A stretch of 62,251 nucleotides of DNA from Octopus bimaculoides (taxonomy: Eukaryota): NCBI RefSeq assembly GCF_001194135.2, contig NC_069001.1:6893821-6956071 (forward strand), written 5' to 3'. The notes beneath the pieces were generated by a model. It was not told the origin of the DNA. It ran no database searches and was given only the letters and a program-made list of their open reading frames with translations. Positions 24,428 through 35,779 of the stretch are shown here, piece by piece. The position numbers and the translations under genes are program-made. Each line of letters opens with the position of its first letter. Position 1 is the stretch's first letter.

Positions 24428-25057
24428 TACATATGACTGCATGAATGTGTATGCTGTTATATATATGTGTGTATGTATGTGTGTATGAATTTATGTATAT
24501 ATTTATAAATATGTATATATATATATATATATATATATGTACGAGTGTATACGAACGTGATTATACATGCACATACATAAACGTGTATATACTAGAATTG
24601 GAGATTGAATGAAGGATAAAGGGACAGATGGGGAAGAAGAAATGATTAGTGGACCTTAAAAACAGCAAGAGCACTATGCGTTCCCATGGTTACATGTTTG
24701 TGTATTCATAAATACATAATTACGTACATGGAAGTACAAGCATACTTATGCGCACGCACACACACTTAACACACCCACACACACCCACACACATATACAT
24801 GCATAGATATATACATGTGTGTGTGTATGCGTGTGCATGCGTGTGTATTAATATCTCGTGAAGCAGCGTCATTAATGGTGGGAGCTGGAAACCCCTTTTT
24901 GTGGTGGAAGGAAGATTTCGATACAAGACCCGTCATTTTTATCTCATGCTGTGATGTAGGTCGTTTTTGGACCTTAAATATCAGAATGTCCGAGTGTTGT
25001 CTGACTGTAATGATCCCTTCTGTGTAGAGCCCTTGCGTTTTTCGATGGCATTGTCCT

Positions 25058-25780
25058 TTATCTTTTATCTTCTATTTGCTTCAGTTATTAAATTGCGGCC
25101 ATGCTGGAGCACTACCTTAAAGAATTTTAATCGAATGAATCCACTCCAATGCTGTTCTTTTTTGGGGGGGTGGGGGTTCATTTTTTTCCGGTTGATATTT
25201 ATTCTATCAGTCTCTTTCGCAGAACCGCCATGCTGTGGGAACAAGTGGTGGTAGGAGGGCAAACAGACACAAAGTCACACACATACACACACACACGAAC
25301 ACACACACACACACAAACACACGCACACAAACACACACACAAACACACAAACAAACACACAAACGCACTCACAAAAACACACACGCACAAACATACACAC
25401 ACACAACACAGACAAACACACACACACATACAACACACACACACACAAACAAACGCACACATATTTTTATGGCAGTGAAGAATTTTAGTCGAACAAATCG
25501 AACTCAGTACTGAGTTTTTAAAGCCTGGTACTTATTCTATCGGTCACTATTGCCAAACCGCTAAGTAACGGGGACATACACAAAGCAACACCGGTTGTCA
25601 AGTGGGACAACATATACACAATAATACAGACACATAGATATATATACATACATATACACATACATACATAATACGTACATACGTACATGTACATTTACAC
25701 ACACACATATACGATGGGCTTCTTTCAGTTTCCTTCTACCAGATACACTCAGAAGGCTTTAGCCAGTCCGAGGCTATAGG
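25058..25780 (-). mobile_element. SINE type C body and tail, broken by expanded (CA)n microsatellites
   Basis: TTCAGTTATTAAATTGCGGCCATGCTGGAGCAC (tail), GGTACTTATTCTATCGG...CCGCTAAGTAACGGGGAC, and CGATGGGCTTCTTTCAGTTTCC (core). Confidence 0.75.
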
Positions 25781-25873
25781 AATTTGCGGAAAAAATTTCC
25801 GTAGATATAGATAAGAGGTACTTTTAAAAACTAAATCCACCTCTCTTAGAAAAGGTATATTTTAAGATTACAC

Positions 25874-26092
25874 GGCGAGCTGGCAGAACCGGGCGAAATG
25901 CTTAGCGGTATTTCGTCTGCCCGCTACGTTCTGAGTTCAAATTCCGCCGAGGTCGACTTTGCCTTTCATCCTTTCGGGGTCGATTAAATAAGTACCAGTT
26001 ACGCACTGGGGTCGATATAATCGATTTAATCCGTTTGTCTGTCCTTGTTTGTCCCCTCTGTGTGTAGCCCCTTGTGGGTAGTAAAGAAATAA
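25874..26092 (+). mobile_element. SINE type A, young-looking near-complete copy
   Basis: GGCGAGCTGGCAGAA-CCGGGCGAAATGCTTAGCGGTATTTCG...AAAGAAATAA. Confidence 0.95.
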
Positions 26093-26129
26093 CCCACTCC
26101 CTCTATTTCTCTTCTACCAGTTGCAAATG

Positions 26130-27265
26130 CCTTTAACCAACAGGACGAACCAGGCTGGACTCTCTTACAAACATTATGGAAGAAAATCTTTTCTATATGG
26201 ACGACCTCAAGTTATACATTGCAAATGATAAACTTCACGAAACAGTGTTACGAGCAATAGTATGACTTACTGAAGCTAATATATTCGGGTTAGACAACTG
26301 CACCAAGTCAACTCGGAAATTTATCAAGGACAGTAATACATTGCTAGACGAAGACGCTAAGAGATTAAACCAGCAGAAACATACAAATACTTAGAAATCA
26401 ATGAACTAAGAAGAGTACAGCCCATACGAAAGAAAGTAAAGGTTACGATGAAATATTAATGCTTGAGATTCGTTATTTGAAACAAAGCATAAAGCAAAAA
26501 CAAAAAAGAAATTGAAATAATGTAATAATATTCAATACTTTAGGCGTGCCAGTAATAAATTAGTTATAATATTCTCAACTGGGCGCTTAATGAATTAATA
26601 AGACTTGACAGAAAGACAAGAGAAACGACTGCATTTGAAATACGCCACCTAAAATCTAACATAAAACGATTATATTTACAATGAATACTGAATAGTATAG
26701 GTGTTATGTAACTAGAATACTATTGCTAAATACCCACTGTGGGTCTACAAAAATATTTCCTAATGAATAATAGAAAACTAATACAAGTAGCTACAAAATA
26801 TGAGTTAACAAAAGAAAATTGTTTTCAGTCTTCAAGAAGACAGAAGCTGAAGGGATAAACAGGTTTGAGGAGAACCGGAAGACAAGGGAAATTGTGAAAA
26901 AGGTGAAAACTAAACTAAACAGGAAACTACAAGTGATGACAAGGAAAGCCCCTACATGTAAAAAAAACTAAATAGAGTGAAAATAGAGAAGAAGAAGAAG
27001 AAGAAGAAGAAGAAGAAAAGAAGAAAAAGAAAAAGTCGGATATATACTTGTTGAGAAATGCAATGACTCAAAGCTAAGATTAAAGGATACTTAATGGCGG
27101 CACAGAGTCAAAGCCTTTCTACCAGAAACCTCCGAAAGCATGTAGTGAAACAGAATACATGATGTGTCTGCTGAATTTAGAGAGACAGAGAATAAACAAT
27201 TAAACGAATTGTTTCTAGCTGTCCGGTGTTAACCGAGAAACGTTATAACCACAGACTTAACAGAA
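26130..27265 (+). mobile_element. Degraded R4/Dong-like LINE, RT-to-Zn-knuckle region
   Basis: Ordered broken motifs: FYMDDLKLY (YMDD at 26194-26205), FGLDNC, TYKYLEI, NTLGVPVI, LIRLDRKTR, HLKSNIKRLYL, GYLMAAQSQSLSTRN, IVSSCPVLTEKRY. Confidence 0.85.
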
Positions 27266-27271
27266 CTGAGA

Positions 27272-27437
27272 TAGGCGCAGGCGTGGCTGTGTGGTTAGAA
27301 GCTTGCTTCCCAACCACGTGGATCTTGGTTCAGTCCTACTGCGGAGCACCTTCTGCAGGTCTCTTTTTTTTATAGCCTCCGGCCGACCAAAGCTTTGTGA
27401 GTGGATTTAGTAGACGGAAACTGAAAGAAGCCCGTCG
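27272..27437 (+). mobile_element. SINE type C head and core
   Basis: TAGGCGCAGGCGTGGCTGTGTGGTTAGAAG...GGAAACTGAAAGAAGCCCGTCG followed by (TA)n. Confidence 0.9.
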
Positions 27438-27453
27438 TATATATATATGTATG

Positions 27454-27491
<38 letters not shown>

Positions 27492-27492
27492 C

Positions 27493-27525
<33 letters not shown>

Positions 27526-27540
27526 CATGCGTTCGTGTGT

Positions 27541-27916
27541 TATTTTCTTTAAAGCCTAGTACTTATTTTATCTGTCGCTTTTGCTGAACCGCTAAGTTAC
27601 GGGTAGTAAACAAACCAGCATCGGTTGCCAAGCGATGATGAGGCCAAGCACAGACACAAAAACACACACACATGTAACCATATATATATATATATATATA
27701 TACACGCAAATGCATATATATATGCACATACATACATACATTTATACACGACATACTTCTTTCAGCTTCACCGTCAACCAAATTGACTAATAAGGATTTG
27801 TTCGGCCCGAGGCTAGTATAGAAGACATTTGTCCAAGGTTCCACGCAGTTTGGAGTGAACCGGGAACCATGTAGCTGGGAAAGAAACATCTTACCATACA
27901 CAGCCATACCTGCACC
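27541..27916 (-). mobile_element. SINE type C with internal microsatellite (inverted relative to 27272-27437)
   Basis: CTAGTACTTATT...CCGCTAAGTTACGGG, then (CA/TA)n, then CTTCTTTCAG...CTTACCATACACAGCCATACCTGCACC. Confidence 0.85.
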
Positions 27917-27919
27917 AGT

Positions 27920-28330
27920 GAAATACTAACAGGATAGAGGTGGTATAAGAAGAGGTCTTCGAGAATGGTGCGATAAACGTTCGGGATTTGCCAATCCACA
28001 AACACTTGTGCGTCAACCCCAGATCGTTTCTTTCCAAGGATCATTTGGGAGTAAAGAGGGTTTCAGCCGACATACCAGACCCAACAGACGATGATATCTC
28101 GTTAAAAGAAATCGAGAAATTATTCAGATGTATTTTAGAATTGGAAAAGTGGGACATGGCGGCAGAACAAAAAAAAATTAGAAACACAGAAACAGGAATA
28201 ATTCTAGAAGGGGATACAGGATAGTACATAATCCCCAAACTCTAGGACTTTACACAAACACACACACACACTATACAGGAAACAGCGCTATTAGGGACTC
28301 CACACGGATTGTGTAGGGGGTACTGACTGG
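27920..28330 (+). mobile_element. Degraded R4/Dong-like RLE domain and C-terminus, likely continuation of 26130-27265
   Basis: DLPIH...SKDH, PTDDDISLKEIEKL and IQETALLGTPH motifs in the expected order downstream of the SINE pair. Confidence 0.7.
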
Positions 28331-28590
28331 CAACACATTATTGCTATCACCACCACCACCACCATTGCCATCATCATCATCAACAACAACAATAACGACA
28401 ACAACAGAGTTTTCTTAAGAATTTAAATTTTTCTTCTTTCTCTGATTTTCTTTGTGTCTTTTCTTTCTTCCTGTTTTCTTTCCTTCCGCCCTGCTCACGG
28501 CCGCCGCTATCATTGTAACCAACCAATACACGTATACATGTATAACTGTGTCCGCATATATGTGTCTATCTTCTGTATGCCTGTATATCC

Positions 28591-28645
<55 letters not shown>

Positions 28646-29141
28646 NNNNNNNNNNNNNNNNNNNNNNNNNNNNNNNNNNNNNNNNNNNNNNNNNNNNNNN
28701 NNNNNNNNNNNNNNNNNNNNNNNNNNNNNNNNNNNNNNNNNNNNNNNNNNNNNNNNNNNNNNNNNNNNNNNNNNNNNNNNNNNNNNNNNNNNNNNNNNNN
28801 NNNNNNNNNNNNNNNNNNNNNNNNNNNNNNNNNNNNNNNNNNNNNNNNNNNNNNNNNNNNNNNNNNNNNNNNNNNNNNNNNNNNNNNNNNNNNNNNNNNN
28901 NNNNNNNNNNNNNNNNNNNNNNNNNNNNNNNNNNNNNNNNNNNNNNNNNNNNNNNNNNNNNNNNNNNNNNNNNNNNNNNNNNNNNNNNNNNNNNNNNNNN
29001 NNNNNNNNNNNNNNNNNNNNNNNNNNNNNNNNNNNTAGCACGCTCGTTCGCTCGATCGCTCTCTACCTCGGGTGCACCGTTTCGCTTCCACAAACCCTCT
29101 CTCTCTCTCTCTCTCTCCCTTTATCTCCCTCTACAAATTAC

Positions 29142-29297
29142 CTCAGGCGGAGTTTGTTGACTCGAATGGTGCCAACAGCAGTGACGATGATGGTGGTGGT
29201 GGTGGTTGCGCTCGTCGCCGTCATCGTCATCGTCGTAGTCTTCGTTGTCGTCGTGTAGTGGAAGTAGTTGTGATGATAGGAGATGTGACATAGCTAT
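29142..29297 (-). CDS. Candidate 156-nt phase 0-0 coding exon (acidic stretch plus poly-His), product unknown
   Basis: Acceptor TTTTTTTTTCTTGCTTAG, donor GAG/GTAATT. Only one frame is open across it: IAMSHLLSSQLLPLHDDNEDYDDDDDGDERNHHHHHHRHCCWHHSSQQTPPE. Partly simple-repeat in character. Confidence 0.3.
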
Positions 29298-29610
29298 CTA
29301 AGCAAGAAAAAAAAAGTGGGAGGAGAATGTAAAAATATTAACCAATGAGACAGCAAGAAATCTGTGACGACATTAAACTTTCCCCCATCTCTTTTAAAAT
29401 TTTTGTAGTGTTTTAATGGTGACGGAGCAACGAAGGGAATAGCTTGCAGTGTTATGTTTCATCGGGACCTATAACATTCTGTGTTCAAATCCTATCTGAA
29501 CACACTTTCTACTTCATCCTGTAACTATGACATATAAAATCAGTACCAGTTATATACTGGTACTTATATCAGTTAAATCTACACCGCTCAAATAAATCTG
29601 TTATTTTATA

Positions 29611-29830
29611 ATAATCCTTTCTACAAAAGGCACGAGGCCTGAAATTTTGTGAGAGGGGACCGGTCGATTACATCGTCCCCAGTGTCTCACTAGAACTTGA
29701 CTTATCGACCCCGAAAGGATGAAAGGCAAAGTCGACCTCGGCGGAATTTGAACTCAGAACGTAAAGACGGGAGAAATGCTGCAAAACATTTTCACCCGGC
29801 GTGCTAACGATTCTGCCAGCTGGTCGCTTT
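29611..29830 (-). mobile_element. SINE type A
   Basis: GAAAGGATGAAAGGCAAAGTCGACCTCGGCGGAATTTGAACTCAGAACG...GCTAACGATTCTGCCAGC. Confidence 0.9.
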
Positions 29831-29835
29831 TATAA

Positions 29836-29933
29836 CACTGGTTCCCAACCTGTGGTCCGCGGACCCCTGGCGGTCCGCACAGGCAGTACTGGGGATCCGT
29901 GAACTAAATTCAAAAATTGATACACACACACAC

Positions 29934-29975
<42 letters not shown>

Positions 29976-30451
29976 NNNNNNNNNNNNNNNNNNNNNNNNN
30001 NNNNNNNNNNNNNNNNNNNNNNNNNNNNNNNNNNNNNNNNNNNNNNNNNNNNNNNNNNNNNNNNNNNNNNNNNNNNNNNNNNNNNNNNNNNNNNNNNNNN
30101 NNNNNNNNNNNNNNNNNNNNNNNNNNNNNNNNNNNNNNNNNNNNNNNNNNNNNNNNNNNNNNNNNNNNNNNNNNNNNNNNNNNNNNNNNNNNNNNNNNNN
30201 NNNNNNNNNNNNNNNNNNNNNNNNNNNNNNNNNNNNNNNNNNNNNNNNNNNNNNNNNNNNNNNNNNNNNNNNNNNNNNNNNNNNNNNNNNNNNNNNNNNN
30301 NNNNNNNNNNNNNNNNNNNNNNNNNNNNNNNNNNNNNNNNNNNNNNNATATATCAACACACATAAGGATAAGCATATCAAAAGAAGTCCGTGAGAAAACT
30401 CATTAAATAAAAGGGGTCCCTGGTTGGTAGTGAAAAGGTTGGGACCCACTG
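29836..30451. mobile_element. hAT/Charlie-like MITE containing a microsatellite and a gap
   Basis: TIRs CACTGGTTCCCAACCT and AGGTTGGGACCCACTG; decayed 8-bp flanks TTTTATAA and CTCTATGA. Confidence 0.75.
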
Positions 30452-30580
30452 CTCTATGATCTCATTACAATTTAATTACAAGCAAAGAAGTAGAAAAAGA
30501 AGATAAAAGGTGGGGATCAACCAGCAGAAAATGGAAGGTGAGGGAACAACGGGCCGCACACTCCAGAACGAGTGGCGTGC

Positions 30581-30700
30581 TCAGCCGCGCCCCACGATCA
30601 TGACACCGATGGCGTTGCCGCGAAGAATGGCCCGCGACATTCGCTACAGTAGCCACTTCACCTCGCAGGTCTCATTTCTCAGACGGTTCGCCGTTATCCT
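30581..30700 (-). mobile_element. CRE-like RLE retrotransposon C-terminal fragment
   Basis: RITANRLRNETCEVKWLL*RMSRAILRGNAIGVMIVGRG* resembles the CRE-clade terminus (WLxQRxSxAIxRGNA); the in-frame TAG could derive from CAG. Confidence 0.55.
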
Positions 30701-30784
30701 TCATGTCGTCAGAATTTTATTTATTTGCTCGACAGAGACGGGTACCGTTGATTATATATGGGGGGAAAAAATAGAAAAGAAGAA

Positions 30785-31042
30785 GCTACCTTCTCGTGTC
30801 ATGCCGACTTACAAAGGCCAATATCTCGGTTTCCATGGCGTATACATTTCCCACCTGGACGGGACATCGGTCCACCGCGGAGTTACTCATTTTTGCCAGT
30901 TGAGTGAACTGCAGCAACGTGAAATGAAGTGTTTCTGATCAAGAAAAGAAAAAAAAAAAACATGTCGCCTGGTTCCGGAATCGAAACCAAAATCTTACTA
31001 TCATGAGTCCAACAGTCTAACCACTAAACCACATGCCTTCAC
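30785..31042 (-). mobile_element. SINE type B
   Basis: TTACTCATTTTTGCCAG..GAGTGAACTGCAGCAACGTGAAATGAAGTG; GGAATCGAAACC; CTAACCACTAAACCACATGCCTTCAC. Confidence 0.85.
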
Positions 31043-31054
31043 AAAATGAAGTTC

Positions 31055-31280
31055 TTTCCCAAGTAACATAGATGCATAGGGCTATATAAATTCCCCACCT
31101 GGACAGGACGTCGGTCAGTCGCAGGATTACTCATTTTTGCCAGCCGAGTAGACTGCAGCAACGAGAAATGAAGTGTTTTGCTCGGGAACACAACGCGTTG
31201 CCCGCCCGGTCCAGGAATCGAAACCACAATCTTTCGATCATGAGTCCAATACCTCTAGCCACTAAGCAACGCGCCTACAC
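31055..31280 (-). mobile_element. SINE type B (tandem with 30785-31042)
   Basis: CTGGACAGGACGTCGGTCAGTCGCAGG...CCAGGAATCGAAACCACAATC...CCACTAAGCAACGCGCCTACAC. Confidence 0.9.
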
Positions 31281-31359
31281 CGATAGCAATGCGATACATA
31301 TTAACGATATGGTCCCTTAGAGCAGCGTCCTGTGTGGGTTATGTTATACTCTTTTCTAT

Positions 31360-31556
31360 ATTTTCTACTAATAAGCACAAGGCCTAAAACTTTTGAGGAA
31401 GGTATGGTTGTTTACATTGACCCCGATGTTCAACTGGTACTTATCTCATCGACCGCAAAAAGATAAAAGGTAATGCTGACTTCAGCGGGATTTGAACTTA
31501 GAACTAAAAAAATGAAGACGAGCGAAATGCCGCCAAGCGGTTTGTCCGGTGTGCTT
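31360..31556 (-). mobile_element. Degraded SINE type A
   Basis: AACTGGTACTTATCTCATCGACC; GGATTTGAACTTAGAAC; CGAAATGCCGCCAAGC. Confidence 0.75.
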
Positions 31557-31558
31557 TG

Positions 31559-31596
31559 TGTCCTAAGGTGAGGATCGAACTCACGACCTTCAGATT
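31559..31596 (-). pseudogene. tRNA(Met)-like 3' half (or SINE head fragment)
   Basis: Reverse complement AATCTGAAGGTCGTGAGTTCGATCCTCACCTTAGGACA has an intact T arm (GTGAG-TTCGATC-CTCAC) and matches the 3' half of metazoan elongator tRNA-Met from memory. The 5' half is absent. Confidence 0.6.
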
Positions 31597-31612
31597 CTAC
31601 AACATATTTTGT

Positions 31613-31803
31613 TTTGTAGTAAAGATTGTTTGCCAACATATCATGGCAGTCCTGATTTAGGACTAATGTTGTTGTAATTTAGCCCCAGGAGACATCGTCT
31701 CCAGCTGGCTATACGACACAATGTCTCCTGGGGTTAAATTACAGCAGCATTAGTCCTAAACCAGGACTGCCATGTTATGTTGGCAAACAATCTTTACTAC
31801 AAA
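31613..31803. repeat. Long inverted repeat (83-bp arms, 25-nt loop)
   Basis: Arms 31613-31695 and 31721-31803 differ at 5 positions. Confidence 0.95.
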
Positions 31804-31931
31804 GTACTGTTGCTGAATATCTCACGTTGTGAGATTTTAAAAATAGTAATATTCTAATACTTCGTTTTGTTTATGAGAGTAACGTACTGCCAACTGCGCC
31901 ATAGAGGAACTCCGTAGGCTATGTTGTTATA

Positions 31932-32154
31932 CAGTAATCCTTTGCCATATTGCGGTTCACCTATCGCAGTTTATTATTTAAGCTTACGTCGATTCCTCCG
32001 TGGTGTTATTTTGCATTTATAACAAAATAAATATATACAAATTATAAAAATAATTATAAAAAATATGCAGTACAGTACTGTTTCTATTTCGCAGATTTTC
32101 ACCTATCGCAGGGGTTTTTGGAGCGTAACACACGTGATAGTCGAAGGATTACTG
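31932..32154. mobile_element. Tigger/pogo-like MITE (Tc1/mariner superfamily)
   Basis: TA-CAGTAATCCTTTG...CGAAGGATTACTG-TA: TIRs with TA target duplication; internal TTCACCTATCGCAG occurs twice. Confidence 0.8.
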
Positions 32155-32167
32155 TAGTAGGTGCATG

Positions 32168-32385
32168 TGTATTATAAAATCGAGCGGTGATTATATGGAA
32201 TATAGCCTGTACATGTTATAAACTGATGATTGCGTAGAATGTATATTTTGGTTGTTATAATATCGGATGACGATCACTTTTGATATATGTTATATGTATT
32301 ATAATACCGGGTGACGACTGCATAGAATAAATGTTGTATGTATAATAATCTAGAGTTAGGGTTACGTAGAATATATGTTGTGCGT
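32168..32385. repeat. Degenerate ~43-bp minisatellite, about 5 units
   Basis: Recurring TGTATTATAAT...TGA(T/C)GA..GC.TAGAAT frame. Confidence 0.55.
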
Positions 32386-32769
32386 ATTGTACTTAAAACT
32401 TAATGTCTTAACTTTATTTTTACAAGCAGTCTATCTTTTGCATGTGGTTTATAATCCTTACCAAATTTTTGATGTGTCATTTCAGCATCTGAAGAATCCG
32501 TGGTAATGCGAATGCGTAATTTTGTCTTTTGTTTATTTGTTTGACTTTTTTAAGACCCGTGTCTTCTATATTTTCTTCATTACTTTCCCGAAAGAAAAAT
32601 GGATTTCAATGTCGGTTAGATCCTCCTCCTCCTCCTCATCATCATCATCGTAGTCGTCATCGTCGTCATCACCATCATCACCACCACCACCACCACCACC
32701 ACCTGAATACGTTTGATGCATTTCCTCTAATACTTGTGCCTTAAACTCTGTTCGAATTAGTCCTATTGC

Positions 32770-33358
32770 TTTATTACTTATGCTACCCTCCTTTTTCTGG
32801 TTAGTTCGCTCCAAATTGCTCCCCAGATCATCATGGAACAGCCACCGTGTTTCATTGTTGGCTGCAATCTTTTCACAGGAAATTCTTGATTACAGAGTCT
32901 CCTAACCCACACTCAACCACTGTCAGAAAATGCAGCAAAAATGGTCTCATCAGAGGATATGACAGTGTCTTCTCCACCATCTCACTGGCTCAATCTTTTC
33001 TCCCCTTGATATTGGCTGGTCGGAGAAGTATCTTCTATCTTTCTGCTCTGTTATAGTAACCAAGTTTGTGGAGATACCCGACAGCTGTTCTGAGACTGAC
33101 ATCAATTTGTTCTGCTATGTCAGAGGCCTTGCAACAAGGATCATCCTCCACACTTCTCTTAACAAGCGAAAGGTCCCTGGTAGAGATGATGTGAACTTCT
33201 TCCTCTCTCTCTGGTGAATTGCACAATCACTGTATTAACTGTAGAAAGCGGAATCCCAAGGTTTTCTGCGATTTTACGCTAAGTCCATCTTCAGATTGAC
33301 TCAAAATACAACATCTCTGAAATTCGGACAGTTCCACGGCTTCTTTTGTACCTGGCAT
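32770..33358 (-). mobile_element. Tc1-family transposase pseudogene fragment (HTH to start of DDE)
   Basis: MPGTKEAVELSEFQR...RKIAENLGIPLSTVN...[26 protein letters not shown]...[15 protein letters not shown], with frameshifts. Confidence 0.9.
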
Positions 33359-33690
33359 GCTTAAACCGCCATATATAGGACCTGAAGCATAAAAATGTCA
33401 ATTAATAAAGTATGTATACTATTGCTTCAATACTTATGCTACCGTCTGGTTTCTGCTAAGTACACTCCCTTCAGTACCTGTGAAACCATTGCTTTTGTTG
33501 GTACCTTGTTCTGGTTTGGTACCCTTTATATCAATACCCGTATAACCATTTCTGTTCTTTTTTACAACTCATGCATTGTATCTTTGTTCCCGTCTCTATT
33601 CTTTGCCTCCATCCATATCTTTAGATTTCTGTTTTGTTTACTACGCTTCCCATCTTTTCCGTATTAATCTCTTTGTCCGAATTTATATCC

Positions 33691-33835
33691 GTGAAGGCGC
33701 GTAGGTTTAGTGGTTAGAGGCATTCGGCTCACGATCGTCCTTGAGCAAGGCACTTTATTTTATATTGCTCTAGCTCACTCAGCTGACAAAAATGAGTTGT
33801 ACCTGTAATTCAAAGGAGCTAGCCTTGTCACATTC
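33691..33835 (+). mobile_element. SINE with type B head and core and a type D tail start, internally deleted
   Basis: GTGAAGGCGCGTAGGTTTAGTGG; CCTTGAGCAAGGCACTT; CTCAGCTGACAAAAATGAG; GTACCTGTAATTCAAAGGAGCTAGCCTTGTCAC. Confidence 0.8.
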
Positions 33836-34189
33836 ATTGTCGCCTTCTTCTTCTTCCGCCTCCTCTTTTTATCGTCGTCTTCATCATCATCATCATCATC
33901 AACTCCATCATCATTCTCCTCCATCCCTTCTTCGCCCACCTCACCCTCCTCATCATTGTCTTCCCAGCCGCAGTTGCGGTAAGGGGTTGTAAGGGTGGTG
34001 ACCAAGAGCCGAGTAAAACCTACCAATATAATAATAATAACAACAATAATAATAGCAATAATAATAATAATAATAATAATGATAATAATAATGAGTAGGT
34101 TCAGCCTGAAGGATCAAGGTCGATGACCTCCGTACTAGTGACCTTGTTTTCCTCTTGAAATGAAATAGACTGTAATAACGTTTAGTAGA

Positions 34190-34575
34190 TGGACACATGC
34201 ACGCGTACACATGCACACACACACATACTCTCACACACGTACGCACTCATGCACATACACACATGTATACGCACTAACGAACACATACAGTACTAAATAT
34301 ATAAAAACTCGCAAAGGCACATGCATGCACTCACACACACACACACACACATACGCAATTATGTATGTACATACATATGTGTATGTATATACGCACGCAC
34401 ACGCACACACGCATATATATATGTGTTTGTATGCATATGTATATATATATATATATATATGTGTGTGTATGTATGTGTATCTATGTATATATGTATGTGT
34501 ATATGCATACATGGATGTGTAGATATATATATATGTGTGTGTATATATGTATGTCTGTATATATATATGTATGTA

Positions 34576-34628
<53 letters not shown>

Positions 34629-34635
34629 ATGTTTG

Positions 34636-34670
<35 letters not shown>

Positions 34671-34770
34671 GTATATATATATATATGTGTGTGTATGTAT
34701 ATGTATGTAGGTATATGTGTGTATATGTATGTATGTAGGCAAATATGCATACGTGTATATGCACGTGCAT
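34190..34770. repeat. (CA)n/(TA)n/(TG)n compound microsatellite
   Basis: Directly visible. Confidence 0.95.
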
Positions 34771-35257
34771 GATCATCACTAGCACAAGTGCAACAACAAC
34801 AACAACAACAACTGCTACAGCTAGTAGTACTGTAACCGCAACTACAACAGCAACAACAACCCCAGCAACAACAAGAACTAAAACATAGAAAAATCGATCT
34901 CAATTTATTAAATTCAAAAGGGACGAAACCTCTTGAAATCGTCGAGGCATAACGAAGGTAGAAAATAATCGTGGCGTTTAATGGGTGTTTAGGAAATGGC
35001 AACACACCCACCCTCGATGGACGTCTTCCCTGGGGAGTCATCGTTTTACCGAAAATATTTTAAAATTTACAACAACACCAACAACAACAATAAGAATAAC
35101 ACAAAAAAACAGTTTATAGTAAAAATACAAGGAAAAACAACGACAGAAACAGCTTAGAAATATAATGATTTAAAATTAAAGGCGAAAACATTAAAATTCA
35201 TTTATAAAATGAAAATACGAATATGCACATACATATGTATGCCTCTGTATGTATATG

Positions 35258-35420
<163 letters not shown>

Positions 35421-35779
35421 GAATTATTTGATTTAATTTACATTTGTATATTGTATTTGTTTATATGCGTGAATGTTAGTGTGTGTGTGTATGAGAGGGA
35501 GAGAGGGAGAGAGAGGAGGAGAGAGAGAATGGAAGCGCAAGAAAGAAAAGGAGAGAAAGTGGACAAGTCAACATAGGATTCTTTATGTTTAGCAACAGAA
35601 ACAATGTTCAAAACACGTGCAACGAGAAATCTGTTAAATTGGTAAATGTATGTCGAGTGTGAGAGCATGGGCAGTGAACGGAGTCCATCGAGGTCTTTCA
35701 TACTAAACTTGGTCACTCCATTTGGTTCCGCTACACTGATCTCAACGCGCGTGGTCCTCTTGGTTATTGGTTTGCGTGT

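Noticed and set aside
30510-30938. 142-aa + strand ORF as a host gene
   Set aside because: Its first half is antisense to a CRE-like LINE terminus and its second half is antisense to a SINE.
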